A stretch of 64,000 nt of DNA from a virus: the IMG/VR virus record IMGVR_UViG_3300050026_000388, positions 38,176-102,175 of that record; one strand, 5' to 3'. Below are positions 20,874-31,612 of this stretch, in pieces (position 1 is the first letter of the stretch; every line of letters starts with the position of its first letter). The translations under genes and the position numbers were made by a program. Under the pieces are notes generated by a model. That model was not told the origin of the DNA. It searched no databases and worked only from the letters and a program-made list of their open reading frames with translations.

Positions 20874-21635
20874 ATGAATAAGTACGATATTTCGAGTAGG
20901 GTTGATGTGCGACACTGTGCTGTAGCAAGTGCAGCAAGTGGTGCATCTATTATCACTCCAACGAATTCACTTACCATTGCGGATGGCATTCTAGTACCAT
21001 GGCCAGTTGACAGAACGGGCTTTCAGTCCTGGATGCTTCACGTGTGTATGCAGGTGGCTCTCGTAGACGCAGGCGCTCACGTGGCAACGGTAACGGCAGT
21101 TAAGATGCAGTCTTACTCCGAAGCAAGCGGCGATGAAAACCTTGCGGCTAACGTCGGAACGTGGGAGGATATGACCTCCGTTACGACTACCGATGTTAAC
21201 TACAAACCCTTGTATATGGCCAAGACTGGTGTTCTTGGAACGCCATGGTTTAACCTAAACCAACAGGCAGCGGAAACGCCTGCATTTACAGGTGCGCCTT
21301 ACGTGGCGGCGGGTGGAAACTTTGTTGACCAGCCGTTTACCTACGATTCGACGGCGCTTGTTGGTGGGGTTGACATCCACGACGGCGAAGTTGCTGCATA
21401 TCCGGTTATACTTGATATGCGCATTTTCGGAAACTTCCGAGACTACAACACGCAGGCGGCATCACCCTACGAGCACGGCACCGTTGGAAAGTGCGTTGCG
21501 CCTTATATCAGCGTTACGTCAACGGCGGCATATACTGTGTACGCAGACCTGCTACTCGGTGGAGCTGACGAACTGCCAGTTATCCAGGGTAACACGATGG
21601 GCGGCACGGCGGCCTACTACTCTCGGGGAACATAA
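20874..21635 (+). CDS. Putative capsid decoration protein
   Basis: Immediately after MCP, beta-rich; positional call only. Confidence 0.5.
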   Translation: MNKYDISSRVDVRHCAVASAASGASIITPTNSLTIADGILVPWPVDRTGFQSWMLHVCMQVALVDAGAHVATVTAVKMQSYSEASGDENLAANVGTWEDMTSVTTTDVNYKPLYMAKTGVLGTPWFNLNQQAAETPAFTGAPYVAAGGNFVDQPFTYDSTALVGGVDIHDGEVAAYPVILDMRIFGNFRDYNTQAASPYEHGTVGKCVAPYISVTSTAAYTVYADLLLGGADELPVIQGNTMGGTAAYYSRGT

Positions 21636-21643
21636 GACCCTAA

Positions 21644-21841
21644 ATGAAAGAAGTTAGGTTTACTCGCAGCAGACCACCATATACTACGGGAGACGTGGCA
21701 CAGTTCGAAGACAAAGTCGCTGACGACTTTGTTACGATGGGGGTGGCAGAATACTACCAGCCCCCTTTAGCCAAAAACTTAGACGCGCCACCCGAGGACA
21801 AAATGGTGAAAAGCAGCGAGGTAAAGAAAAAGGCAATTTGA
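21644..21841 (+). CDS. Small head-associated protein
   Basis: VRF..PYTTGDVAQF..ADDFVTMGVAE pattern typical of small post-capsid genes. Confidence 0.55.
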   Translation: MKEVRFTRSRPPYTTGDVAQFEDKVADDFVTMGVAEYYQPPLAKNLDAPPEDKMVKSSEVKKKAI

Positions 21842-21878
21842 GAGAGTTATTCTCTCATCTTTCTTTTTTACATAAAAA

Positions 21879-22454
21879 ATGACGGTCTGTTCACGCTGCA
21901 AAACAGAATATCTAGCAGATGGCTTTAAGCGGTGTCTCGCGTGTCGAGAAAAACATAGCAAATATATGAAGGATTATCGCAAGAAAAATCCTGAATATTC
22001 TGAATATATGAAAATATATTTGAAAGATTACCGAACGACACACACAGAAAAATGCAAAGAAGCTATAAAAAAGTGGAGAGAAGCAAATCGTGAGTATATG
22101 AGAGAATACATGCGTGCGTATATGCGTTGTTACAAAACCCGCGAACTCGGTACGTTTAAATTAGAAGATATTAAACGTCTAACGCGAGAGCAGCGTAATC
22201 TGTGTTTCTACTGTGGAAACCCAGTAGGTAATGAGCGCGAAGCACACATTGAACACGTTATCCCGTTATCTAACGGGGGCAGCAATGAATTATCAAATAT
22301 AGTCATTGCTTGTGGAACGTGCAACCGCTCTAAATATACAAAAGATGGATTTACCTTTCTTTCATATCTTGTAGAACGAGGGGACATCACACCCGAAGCC
22401 GCCTCTGAAAGATTAAATCTATTAGTTGAGAGACAGACCAAACTTTTTTCATAG
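21879..22454 (+). CDS. Free-standing HNH endonuclease
   Basis: CFYCG...HIEHVIPLSNGGSNELSNIVIACGTCNRSK. Confidence 0.92.
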   Translation: MTVCSRCKTEYLADGFKRCLACREKHSKYMKDYRKKNPEYSEYMKIYLKDYRTTHTEKCKEAIKKWREANREYMREYMRAYMRCYKTRELGTFKLEDIKRLTREQRNLCFYCGNPVGNEREAHIEHVIPLSNGGSNELSNIVIACGTCNRSKYTKDGFTFLSYLVERGDITPEAASERLNLLVERQTKLFS

Positions 22455-22463
22455 GAGGTAATA

Positions 22464-23015
22464 ATGGCTTTTCCAGCAGGAACAGGCATAGACACAGACG
22501 GCGACATGAGTGGTTCGGCGTGGAACGCTGACGGCACGGCGCTGATAGAATGGGGGGCAATACTTGAAAACTTAGGTAATGCGATTGACCCTGTAACGAA
22601 CAGCCTTAACGTAGGCGCAGGGCCGACAACGGTAAGCGGCCTCGTAATGACTAAGACCACCATTCACTATAACGACGCGTCACCTGTTACACTTACAACC
22701 ACCGCCACAAATACGATACTTACAGACGTTATCGTTGTAGCTACTACAGCATGGAACGGTACTACCCCATCAATAGACATCGGCACCATAGCGGACGCGG
22801 ACGGCATACTACCAAACGCGAGTATTACGAAAACCCTTAACGCGGTAAGCGGTGAGGATGTAACTACGCGCGGGGTGGACCTTTACGCTAGTTCACACGC
22901 GAAGCTTAAGTTCTATGCGGCGGCAACGGCGATAAGAGCTACAATAGCAATTACAGATACAAGCGCGGGTGTAGCGGACGTCTATCTAATATGGGCACAT
23001 TATACACCCCCGTAG
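22464..23015 (+). CDS. Putative capsid cement/decoration protein (paralogue 1)
   Basis: TTAWNG..IDIG..DADGILPNASITKTLNAVSGED shared with next gene; AGGAGG RBS. Confidence 0.6.
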   Translation: MAFPAGTGIDTDGDMSGSAWNADGTALIEWGAILENLGNAIDPVTNSLNVGAGPTTVSGLVMTKTTIHYNDASPVTLTTTATNTILTDVIVVATTAWNGTTPSIDIGTIADADGILPNASITKTLNAVSGEDVTTRGVDLYASSHAKLKFYAAATAIRATIAITDTSAGVADVYLIWAHYTPP

Positions 23016-23024
23016 GCGGCAATC

Positions 23025-23789
23025 ATGAAGAACAAAGTATACTTCGATGATGAAAGCGATAGTATAGAGTATCTTAATCCACTATTCAACCACGTTGAGT
23101 CAGGGAACGAATCTGATGGTATGTTTGTTACGTTTCCGAGTGAGACTATTGGTAACTTTTTCTATGGGTACATTGATAAAGTTGCAGGTACAAAAGAAGT
23201 TGGGATAATTCCTGCCTACTCGCTACTCACTGGTTGTATCGCAATTACTACTACAGCTTTTAACGGCAACATTACCATTAATATAGGTGACGCTGGCGAT
23301 ACGGACGGGATACTTCCTGACGCGAGCATAACAAAGACCCTTAACGCGGTCAGCGGAGAGGACCCCGCAACCTATGGGGTATATCTATGGAATGTTGGCG
23401 CTCAGACAAAAACAGCGGGGGACTATTCAGTTACGGCGTGGCCCGCTCTTACGACAGGGGGAGACTGGACGGTTGCTCCGTTGGATTCACAGCCACAGAC
23501 CCAAACTAAAACACCCGCAGCACTAAGTGGGGCAGGAACGCAAACCAAGACTGCAACGAACTGGGCAGTAACAACATATGGTCACGCAAAACAGAAGTTG
23601 TATACTGCAGACACACTTATTAATGCAACGGTCGCGCAAACAACAACGACGGTAGGGATGCTTGTTGTTTATATCCTCTATACACCCCTAGCATCACCAC
23701 AGTTAGGGCTTGTAAAAGAAGTGCAGGAAATTGAAGAAGTTCCACACAAACGCAGCCATCACAAAAAAGGGAGGCGCAGTGAGTTATAG
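23025..23789 (+). CDS. Putative capsid cement/decoration protein (paralogue 2)
   Basis: TTAFNG..INIG..DTDGILPDASITKTLNAVSGED. Confidence 0.6.
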   Translation: MKNKVYFDDESDSIEYLNPLFNHVESGNESDGMFVTFPSETIGNFFYGYIDKVAGTKEVGIIPAYSLLTGCIAITTTAFNGNITINIGDAGDTDGILPDASITKTLNAVSGEDPATYGVYLWNVGAQTKTAGDYSVTAWPALTTGGDWTVAPLDSQPQTQTKTPAALSGAGTQTKTATNWAVTTYGHAKQKLYTADTLINATVAQTTTTVGMLVVYILYTPLASPQLGLVKEVQEIEEVPHKRSHHKKGRRSEL

Positions 23790-24198
23790 AAGATTCAGCT
23801 CAGCGCACCGGCGCACAGAGGCAGAGGGCCTACAGCCAGACGGCAAGCACCACGGCGAACAGCGGCTTTACACGCGCAACCCCACCGACATTGAGCGGAT
23901 GACCGGCATCCCATATCCTAAAGAGGACTGGAAGGACGGCATTCAAGTCGGCCCGCACACGACAGAACCCACCTTACGATTACAGAACTACACCCACGAC
24001 GTGCCAATGGAAAAGCGCACGACGTGCGTGTCTTGTAAACATGCCACTAACCACAAAGAAATAAGTGGCGGGATACACGAGTGCTGGTGCCGGGATGCGT
24101 TCGTTAAGGGCGCGTCTGGATGGAAGCGGGTTCCTACTGAATTGAATGATAATGGCTGCCGCGATTGGCTGCCAGCGCATCACGATTGTATCGGCTAG
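23779..24198 (+). CDS. Cys-rich hypothetical protein (family A, copy 1)
   Basis: GTG start after GGAGG; CVSCKH...C...NDNGC. Confidence 0.6.
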   Translation: MSYRRFSSAHRRTEAEGLQPDGKHHGEQRLYTRNPTDIERMTGIPYPKEDWKDGIQVGPHTTEPTLRLQNYTHDVPMEKRTTCVSCKHATNHKEISGGIHECWCRDAFVKGASGWKRVPTELNDNGCRDWLPAHHDCIG

Positions 24199-24209
24199 AC
24201 GGCTAGAGA

Positions 24210-24557
24210 ATGAAGGTTATCATAATGGATAAAGAAAAAGCTAAAGAGTGCAGATGCAACGGAGAAATCAAATGCAGCACCCATCTTGCTAATAAACTCG
24301 ACGGCGAACCGTTCTGCGCTAACGGCCCCGCAAAGGCCAAAACAATCGTAGAAGGCGGATGCAACTGCCAAGGTTGCCCGATTCATAAGGATTTCGCAGG
24401 CGTACAGTTCTGTATGGGCAACGAGGTAACGGAAGTCCGCAAAAGCACAGAGGAAACGGTTATAGATTTAACACCCGCTGGAACTGTTGCGAACGCGAAC
24501 CCCAAAGTAATTGATTTAACTAACGAGAATTTAAACTATAAACAGGAGAATAGATAA
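24210..24557 (+). CDS. DUF2769-like Cys-rich metal-binding protein
   Basis: CxC..C...FCxxG...GCxCxxCPI...FC spacing recalled from DUF2769. Confidence 0.6.
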   Translation: MKVIIMDKEKAKECRCNGEIKCSTHLANKLDGEPFCANGPAKAKTIVEGGCNCQGCPIHKDFAGVQFCMGNEVTEVRKSTEETVIDLTPAGTVANANPKVIDLTNENLNYKQENR

Positions 24558-25045
24558 TGTCTTCAGGAAGTCACGTATGGTCAAAAGGGCTACAGCTCAT
24601 CACAGATGGTAACACCGCGGGTAGCCCGGCATTTGCAAGTTGGAGAAGCATCGCGGCAGGCACGTACACGGGTTCATGGCGCTGTGCCCTCGGGACGGCA
24701 GTAGGAACGTATACCTCGTCCCAGTTGCTTTCGGCATGTACCGAAATAACAGGAACGAACTATGCGCAATACGGCGCAGGTCCTATGGCAACGAACAGCG
24801 TTGCGATTGACGGCACGCTGGCCACACATGTTGAATATGTCAGTTCAGGCAGCCCACAATGGACAAGCGCATCGTTCACCGCGGATTATGCAATTATAAT
24901 CGCGTCATTGGGGACGACATCAAGTCCAGTGCTGTGCAATTTCGACTTTGCCGGCGATAAAACCGTAACAGCAGGCACGTTCACGTTAACATTCGGAACG
25001 GACAGCGTAACGGCTAACAGCGTTTTCAACCTCGTAATATCGTAG
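24557..25045 (+). CDS. Fibre subunit-like virion protein (family B, copy 1)
   Basis: EITGTNY...WTSASF...SSPVLCNFDFAGDKTVTAGTFTLTF. Confidence 0.7.
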   Translation: MSSGSHVWSKGLQLITDGNTAGSPAFASWRSIAAGTYTGSWRCALGTAVGTYTSSQLLSACTEITGTNYAQYGAGPMATNSVAIDGTLATHVEYVSSGSPQWTSASFTADYAIIIASLGTTSSPVLCNFDFAGDKTVTAGTFTLTFGTDSVTANSVFNLVIS

Positions 25046-25160
25046 GTAGGGGTAGCGATGCCCCATCTATACATTTTTCCTACGTATAGGGATAGTTTAG
25101 CTGGCGGCATCGTAAGTATCACAGGAATAAAATGACGGTAGACGTAGACGGCAGTAGACA

Positions 25161-28100
25161 ATGACTGGTGTTACCACCTACCAGGGGTCATTTACTACAC
25201 CTGCTAGTGGAACAACTACGGTTAGTACCGTCGGTTTCCAACCCAATGCTATTATCTTTTGGGTCAGCGGCGCGTGCGGCACGACTAACGATACGTGGAC
25301 AACGACCGGTATAGAGAGTAGCACTGGATTTGCGGCCTTTGATGGCACAAACTATTATAATGCTACTATCACATACATGGCAAAATACGCCACGTCCGGT
25401 GGCGAAACGTGCGGTCTAAATCAAGACGCCACAAACTGTTTTAATGTATATAGTACCGCAGGGGCGCAATTAGTAGCTGGCCACGTAAGCAGCGTTTCGA
25501 GCAGCGGTTTTGTTATCACGTACGGCGCGGCTGCCGCAAACTATGTAATTCACTACCTCTGCATCGGCGGCGATGTCGATAAGGCGTGTATTACTACCAT
25601 GGCGATGGATACGTCGGCTACGTCGCCGCAGACGTATCAACAGTTCACACTGCCCAACAGCAATTCATGGACTCCTTCGGCGGTAATGTTCCTTACAACT
25701 ACAAGCAGCACTACTGGTTTTGCTTATGGCACCTCATCAGCCTATTATGGCGTCACGGTGTTGGGTGCTATGGATGCTGCAGGAAACCAAAATAGTGTAT
25801 CGGCGTGGACTCACGGTGAGACATCGGCTAGCGCTACAACCACATGGCGCTCTATGTCAAACGCTTATGCACTTTCTTCAAATTTTGGAGCTACCGATTC
25901 GTACGCGATAGACGCGTACTTGTCGTATAACGCGGTGGGCGCGGGTTCTTTTACGATGAACAAGGGGGGTTCTAACTACGCTAGCATATTTGCCGGCGCT
26001 ATCACTTATGCACTATGTTTATACTCTTCAACCGCAAACGAAATCTTATGCGGAACGTGGACAAGCGCGAACAGTACCACTGAAACTGTTACCACCGGCG
26101 TAACTACCGTCCAAGGTGCGTTATTTTTCACAGATAGTGATACCTCCTTTGAAGGCACTACTGACTCACGACTCACCATTGGTGCAACTGATGGTACAAA
26201 CAATGGTTGTATCGCACAAACCGACCTTAACAATAAAACGATGAACACTGGTGCAACTGCTGAGTCTATAATGGAGACAGCGAAGTGCATCTTAATTGCA
26301 AACGCGAATAATACTACAACATCAACCGCGACAGCAACGTTTAGCGGCGCCGGTATAGCTATGGCGTGGTCGGTTGGGGTTGCTGACAAGATTTGTTATA
26401 TTGCGTTTGGGCGGTCAAGTAACGCTACCATAACTTTATCCGGTCTTATTGCGCGAGCAGATGTTGTATCTGGATTATCTATGGGTGCTACTACCCTCAC
26501 CTGCCTACTATCACCACTAAGCGCAACGGCAAACATTGTAACACCGCCCTTTGTCCACGGGCATTCAATGCGCATATTTAACATGGTCAGCTTCAGTGGA
26601 AGTGATTATACGTCCCTCTATGATTCTACTGCCGTACCTTATTGTATAGCAAACGGGTGGGAAATTGAACTATCACTTCCAGGCAGCGATGCGGTTGATT
26701 ACTTCACCGACCCCGCACACACTGCGCGGTATATATCCGTCATGCAGTCCATCATGGACCAAGGAATCCCTGTATGGCTTGAGATTGAAAGCCTTATATT
26801 TTATGGTAACGCTACTATCACAAGTCCCGTATCATATTATGAAACAAATTATGGCGTTGCTCTCGCATCCTTTGAAGCGTTAGGTCCGCTCTTTAAAGGA
26901 TACGCATTCGAAGGCGGCTTTGATTATGCGATAACGTGGCTCAGGGAAAACATCAGCCCCGGGAGAAAGCTTCTCCAACACTGGTTACCTGGGTATTATC
27001 TAGCCTATGGTACCGGGGTAGACCCAGAATGGACGAACACCGCTGACGGGACGCAAGCACCCCATGACGCAGCGTGGCGCGTTTCGATGGTTGATGAGAT
27101 TTCATGGGAATGGTATCAGGCAGATTGGGCGGATTCAACTATCTCATTTAAGGCATGGCTAGACACTGTAGCACCAAATATGCCATTTGGGGTACTCACT
27201 GGATATTTAGTGGGCGGTGGTTATTGGATGAACCCAGATACCCACAGCGTTGCTTCTGGTTATGCCAATCAAGCGAGCCTTTCGGCTGCGCAAATCCAAG
27301 AACTGGTAAGCTATTGGGCGCGTTCTATTGTTACATTGCTAGGCCCGTTTGATAGCATCATTTGTGACCCTGGCGGGGATACCGCCGCAACCGCGTGCGC
27401 ATGGTTGCAGCAACAGCAATTTTTGACCCCAGTAACGCCAGTATATGACGATGACGGGGTGGATATTACTGCGTGTGGCGTTGAATATGTAGGGGACTCA
27501 TTCCCAGTATCAGGCACGACCATCACCAATGTAGGAACCGCTGGAAGCGCATACAACGCAACCGCGGCGGGTGTAAACTGTTATGATGTGGCGCCAAGCG
27601 GTGCTCAAATGTGGACACCCGTATCTAGTACTAATATGCTTGAAATTGTTTCTGGCGCGTACGTGGATAACCTTGATGAACTCACAATGGAGTTTGCAAT
27701 ACGGTATAATGGGTACAATGGGGTTAATGGAAATAGTGCGCTCTGGGCAAAAGCACAGACATATCAGGCGTGGACGATACTGATAGGCGATACGACCCCT
27801 GCCGGAAACACGGTCATCCACGTTACGAGGGGTACGGAGAGCTCAGGCACAGAACATTGGGAAACCACTAACTCGGTTGGAATGGTGGTTGGGAATTATT
27901 ATCTTATACAAATCTCATGGGCGTGCAGCAGCGGCGCATGGGGCAATGCACCAGTTGTACACGTAAACGATGTCAATTATCCTATGACACACGCTGCATC
28001 GGGAACGGGTACCTGGGCGATGGACTATGGGGCAACATCATCTAACAATGCATGCCTTGGGAACACTATCTCTTACGATAAGTACAGCCCAAACAGCCTT

Positions 28101-28235
28101 TTACTCTTCAGGTTACATAGCATCGCCCTTTCTCCTGAACAACTCACGGCGAACTATAACGCGAGCAAGTGGCGCTATGCATTTGGAGCCACCCACACGA
28201 TACTTACCCTTGCAATTACGGAGAACTCAGCATGA
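25161..28235 (+). CDS. Large appendage protein: shared N-domain, putative glycoside-hydrolase-like domain, LamG/ConA-like domain
   Basis: N-domain shared with 34107 and 42783; middle domain shared with 32751; C-terminal ELTMEFAI...FRLHSIALSPEQLTANY LamG-like pattern. Confidence 0.7.
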   Translation: MTGVTTYQGSFTTPASGTTTVSTVGFQPNAIIFWVSGACGTTNDTWTTTGIESSTGFAAFDGTNYYNATITYMAKYATSGGETCGLNQDATNCFNVYSTAGAQLVAGHVSSVSSSGFVITYGAAAANYVIHYLCIGGDVDKACITTMAMDTSATSPQTYQQFTLPNSNSWTPSAVMFLTTTSSTTGFAYGTSSAYYGVTVLGAMDAAGNQNSVSAWTHGETSASATTTWRSMSNAYALSSNFGATDSYAIDAYLSYNAVGAGSFTMNKGGSNYASIFAGAITYALCLYSSTANEILCGTWTSANSTTETVTTGVTTVQGALFFTDSDTSFEGTTDSRLTIGATDGTNNGCIAQTDLNNKTMNTGATAESIMETAKCILIANANNTTTSTATATFSGAGIAMAWSVGVADKICYIAFGRSSNATITLSGLIARADVVSGLSMGATTLTCLLSPLSATANIVTPPFVHGHSMRIFNMVSFSGSDYTSLYDSTAVPYCIANGWEIELSLPGSDAVDYFTDPAHTARYISVMQSIMDQGIPVWLEIESLIFYGNATITSPVSYYETNYGVALASFEALGPLFKGYAFEGGFDYAITWLRENISPGRKLLQHWLPGYYLAYGTGVDPEWTNTADGTQAPHDAAWRVSMVDEISWEWYQADWADSTISFKAWLDTVAPNMPFGVLTGYLVGGGYWMNPDTHSVASGYANQASLSAAQIQELVSYWARSIVTLLGPFDSIICDPGGDTAATACAWLQQQQFLTPVTPVYDDDGVDITACGVEYVGDSFPVSGTTITNVGTAGSAYNATAAGVNCYDVAPSGAQMWTPVSSTNMLEIVSGAYVDNLDELTMEFAIRYNGYNGVNGNSALWAKAQTYQAWTILIGDTTPAGNTVIHVTRGTESSGTEHWETTNSVGMVVGNYYLIQISWACSSGAWGNAPVVHVNDVNYPMTHAASGTGTWAMDYGATSSNNACLGNTISYDKYSPNSLLLFRLHSIALSPEQLTANYNASKWRYAFGATHTILTLAITENSA

Positions 28236-28260
28236 AGTGGGAACTTAGGAGAGAAAGAAG

Positions 28261-28365
28261 ATGGGGAAAGATGAGGAGCGACAAGACGTAGTAATTCACG
28301 CCCCGACAGCACAAGCGGGTGTAAAAGACCCTAAAAGTCGAAGGCAGAAACTGAAAGATAAATAA
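28261..28365 (+). CDS. 34-aa micro-ORF
   Basis: AGGAG RBS; MGKDEERQDVVIHAPTAQAGVKDPKSRRQKLKDK; stop abuts ATG 28366. Confidence 0.55.
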   Translation: MGKDEERQDVVIHAPTAQAGVKDPKSRRQKLKDK

Positions 28366-28824
28366 ATGGCAATAACATCATACTGGTTTGGACTCGCGCA
28401 AGCGCATTCGTGGGGTGGGGTAACTGCTGGAGAAACGCAGTATTTCATAGACTACCTTTCCGATACGGTAAACGTGATGCTCACCACGAACGCCGTCACA
28501 CCGGCGCAAGCCACATGGGAGTTCCAAAGCAGTGCCACTAATGAAGTTGCGGCGAGCGGAACGTATGCGGCCGGCGGCGCGACACTTGCAGCTAAAACCC
28601 TTACCTACAACGCGAGCACGAACGCATTGATGTTTGATGCCAATGATGTTTCATGGAGTGGAACAATAACGGCACGGTATGCGATTATCTATAAAGTGGG
28701 GGGGTCTGCTTCGACATCGCCATTAATGGGCTTCGTTGACTTTGGAGCAGATTATGCGTGCATATTGGGGACGTTTAATATTGTATGGGCCCCCTCTGGA
28801 TTGTTTACGATGACACCATCGTGA
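28366..28824 (+). CDS. Fibre subunit-like virion protein (family B, copy 2)
   Basis: IDYLSDTVNVML...YAAGGATL...TSPLMGFVDFG...GTFNIVWAPSGLF. Confidence 0.75.
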   Translation: MAITSYWFGLAQAHSWGGVTAGETQYFIDYLSDTVNVMLTTNAVTPAQATWEFQSSATNEVAASGTYAAGGATLAAKTLTYNASTNALMFDANDVSWSGTITARYAIIYKVGGSASTSPLMGFVDFGADYACILGTFNIVWAPSGLFTMTPS

Positions 28825-28831
28825 GGACTAA

Positions 28832-29311
28832 ATGACTGTACACGCATATTGGTATGGCCTTGCACTGGCTCACGCATGGGGCGGGGTCAACGCAGGAGAT
28901 ACGCAGTACTTCATAGATTACCTATCTGACCCGATTAAGGTGATGCTCTGTACCGCATCATATACGCCAAGCCAAGATACGCACGCGTTTAAATCAGACG
29001 TAACGGGTGAAGTTACTGGGGCGGGGTACACCGCACGCGGTGCTACGCTTTCAAGCAAGACACTCGGATACACCTCAGCAACAAAAGTCCTCAAGTTTGC
29101 AGACGCGGCAACTCTTGTATGGAGTGGGGCCGTTGCAAGCAGCGGCAGTCCTGCGGCGTATGCGGTTATCTACAAAGACACCGGAACCGATTCGACATCA
29201 CCATTGATGGGCTATGTTGATTTTAGTGGCGCTACCGCATATTCGAATAGCACAGGTACGTTTACAATAACATGGTCGTCAAGTGGAATATTTACGATAA
29301 CATTAGGATAA
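28832..29311 (+). CDS. Fibre subunit-like virion protein (family B, copy 3)
   Basis: Close tandem paralogue of copy 2 (WGGV.AG.TQYFIDYLSD). Confidence 0.75.
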   Translation: MTVHAYWYGLALAHAWGGVNAGDTQYFIDYLSDPIKVMLCTASYTPSQDTHAFKSDVTGEVTGAGYTARGATLSSKTLGYTSATKVLKFADAATLVWSGAVASSGSPAAYAVIYKDTGTDSTSPLMGYVDFSGATAYSNSTGTFTITWSSSGIFTITLG

Positions 29312-29316
29312 AATAG

Positions 29317-30720
29317 ATGACTGCACACAACGGAACCGTAACTTCGCCAGTCGCCCCGTGTCCCGCGGCCGCCCCAGCCCCGACAGCGTCGGTGAATACA
29401 CTCACCCCCCTTAGCGTCGCTGCAAACACGACACAACTCAGCATTCAAATCGTTGATAATATACTTTCGGTAGGGGGGTTCGCTACTGCCGCGATTGGCA
29501 CTGTAAGTATCGCAACAGCATACGGCCCAGTATCTGCGGCTGCTAATACAACTACCGCGAGCGTATATATAACAGCTCCTGCGCAAAACGTATCGGTTGC
29601 TGCATTAAGCGTCGCCACACCTACAATAACACCGGCCGTTCGAATTGATAATACACCCTCACCACCATCATTAGTAACAACTGTCACATTAGGAACTATC
29701 AGCGCAGAAGGCGATTGTACAGCAACATTTAGCGTATTATCCGCCGCTACACAGGCTACTGTTATTAGCATAACTCGTATAGACCAAAACCTATCATTCA
29801 CCACCATAACAAATGTAGCGGCAAGCCCCACACTAGCGGTGAGCGGCGATTACGCACCCACAACTATAGTAATAACCACAACTGCAAATGCCACCACACT
29901 ATCAATAACCACCACATATGCTACTACACTCACCACGTTAAGCGATGCCTCAAACGTCGGCGCATTAACACTGGTTAATTCGTGTTCTGTGGCTCTAGCA
30001 TCAGTATCGGCGAGTGCGAACGCGGGGGCCGTGGTTACACCAATCAGTTATGCGGCCACCCTAAACTCATTAAGTGGGGCCGCTAATGCGTTAACTGTAA
30101 GTATACTGGGAGACTATACCCCCACTTTGTTTACTATCACAGGGGTCGTTCATGCATATCCTTTAGGGGTTGAAACTGATATAGATTCATTAATAATTAC
30201 GACCCCTCTAGCAGGAATGGCTAATGTCGTCGAAACAGACATGGCCTACGATAGTTTAATACGTTTAAGTTCATTATACCAGTTAGTTCAAGCTGTAAAG
30301 TTAACGGTTGCATGTGGATATACCCCAACCCTAAATTCATTGAGTGAAGCGGCGAACATTGGGGTAGTAACTATCTCGCATGGCATGTTGGTAACACTAA
30401 CCACATTAAGCGAGTTGGTTCATACTGGTGTTCTTACTTCGGCAAGTAGCTGGGCCGCAACCTTGACCTCACTGCGCGAAACGGTTAACAGCGTTATTTT
30501 TGCTATAAGCGGCGTAGTTTCCGGTATCGTCTCAAAATCATATCTCCGCGGCGTGGTAACTGAAAACGAAGTAGTGGTTGGATTCACTGATGGCGCAATA
30601 GTAATCAGTGGGCAACATGAGCGGTGTCCAGTTCTATTGTCCAACATCATACCGTTACAGAATATTAAACTTATCGGGATGCGACAACCGAAAAATGAGA
30701 TTGATGTAGTATTATCATAA
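29317..30720 (+). CDS. Thr/Ser/Ala/Val-rich protein of ~21-23-aa degenerate repeats
   Basis: Recurrent GDY/DQN...TL.SLS.AAN units, also found in 34107. Confidence 0.7.
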   Translation: MTAHNGTVTSPVAPCPAAAPAPTASVNTLTPLSVAANTTQLSIQIVDNILSVGGFATAAIGTVSIATAYGPVSAAANTTTASVYITAPAQNVSVAALSVATPTITPAVRIDNTPSPPSLVTTVTLGTISAEGDCTATFSVLSAATQATVISITRIDQNLSFTTITNVAASPTLAVSGDYAPTTIVITTTANATTLSITTTYATTLTTLSDASNVGALTLVNSCSVALASVSASANAGAVVTPISYAATLNSLSGAANALTVSILGDYTPTLFTITGVVHAYPLGVETDIDSLIITTPLAGMANVVETDMAYDSLIRLSSLYQLVQAVKLTVACGYTPTLNSLSEAANIGVVTISHGMLVTLTTLSELVHTGVLTSASSWAATLTSLRETVNSVIFAISGVVSGIVSKSYLRGVVTENEVVVGFTDGAIVISGQHERCPVLLSNIIPLQNIKLIGMRQPKNEIDVVLS

Positions 30721-30737
30721 TAAAAAGGGGAAAATAA

Positions 30738-31229
30738 ATGACCGACTTTCAAATGTATCGTGGGGTTGACAAAGATATTTACATTTCTGTTTATACTAAT
30801 ACTACCCCACCCGTTCCAGCTGCTCTCGACGAAGCAAGTGCGAAGTGGGTTGCCGTGAAAGAACCGATAACGGGCGCTATCGCCGCAACACTCACAAAAG
30901 ACACAGAGACGGGCGGTATTGAGATTACAACCGAGCCCGGCTCGAGTTCACCAGTTAATAATACCCTCCTTATCCATATTCTCGACGCGGATGGGACCTC
31001 GTTAGATATAGGCACATACGCCCATGAGGCACAAATAACTCTCGCTGGTGAGATTGAAGTAGTGTACCCCCCAGTAGGTACTACCGCTTCATTCTCCGTT
31101 GACCTTTCACTCGTTGCGGCTGCCGGCGGCCTGCAGGTAAAAGAACCGCCAACGATATTGAGCACTGCGCCTGCGACGGCTACATCGGGTACTGGTTGGC
31201 ATCGCAAGTATAAGGATGGTAAAAAGTGA
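30738..31229 (+). CDS. BppU-N-like fibre adaptor (family E, copy 1)
   Basis: MTDFQMYRG...GGIEIT...HILDAD..L..GTYAHEAQI. Confidence 0.65.
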   Translation: MTDFQMYRGVDKDIYISVYTNTTPPVPAALDEASAKWVAVKEPITGAIAATLTKDTETGGIEITTEPGSSSPVNNTLLIHILDADGTSLDIGTYAHEAQITLAGEIEVVYPPVGTTASFSVDLSLVAAAGGLQVKEPPTILSTAPATATSGTGWHRKYKDGKK

Positions 31230-31612
31230 GCGACAAACCGTTTCGTATCTTTGGTGAGGATGATGCAAAGGAACTCAAAGACCAAGTGAGCGCGGAGCCC
31301 GAGCTTTGGCGCGTTTACGCTGAGGCGTTGCCATGTAAGGTTAAAATTGAAAATGAGTGCTTCCCCCGCCCGCACGAGGTTTATAACTGCACTTCGTGCA
31401 AACACGGAGGGCCAAATATTAGCGCTGATAAAGAGAGATTTTACAACAGATGTACCAATCCTACGGCGGGAACGTTTGGTATGTGGTGTGAGGGTGGTAA
31501 GTGGAACGATACGGGCTGTCCTTGGTTCTTTAGCAAAATTGAGCGGCCAAGAAAAGGCTACATGCCCGGTATGGAATCCGGACCATACATAGGAGAATTT
31601 TGGAGAAAATGA
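31226..31612 (+). CDS. Cys-rich hypothetical protein (family A, copy 2)
   Basis: CTSCKH...C...NDTGCPW. Confidence 0.6.
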   Translation: MSDKPFRIFGEDDAKELKDQVSAEPELWRVYAEALPCKVKIENECFPRPHEVYNCTSCKHGGPNISADKERFYNRCTNPTAGTFGMWCEGGKWNDTGCPWFFSKIERPRKGYMPGMESGPYIGEFWRK

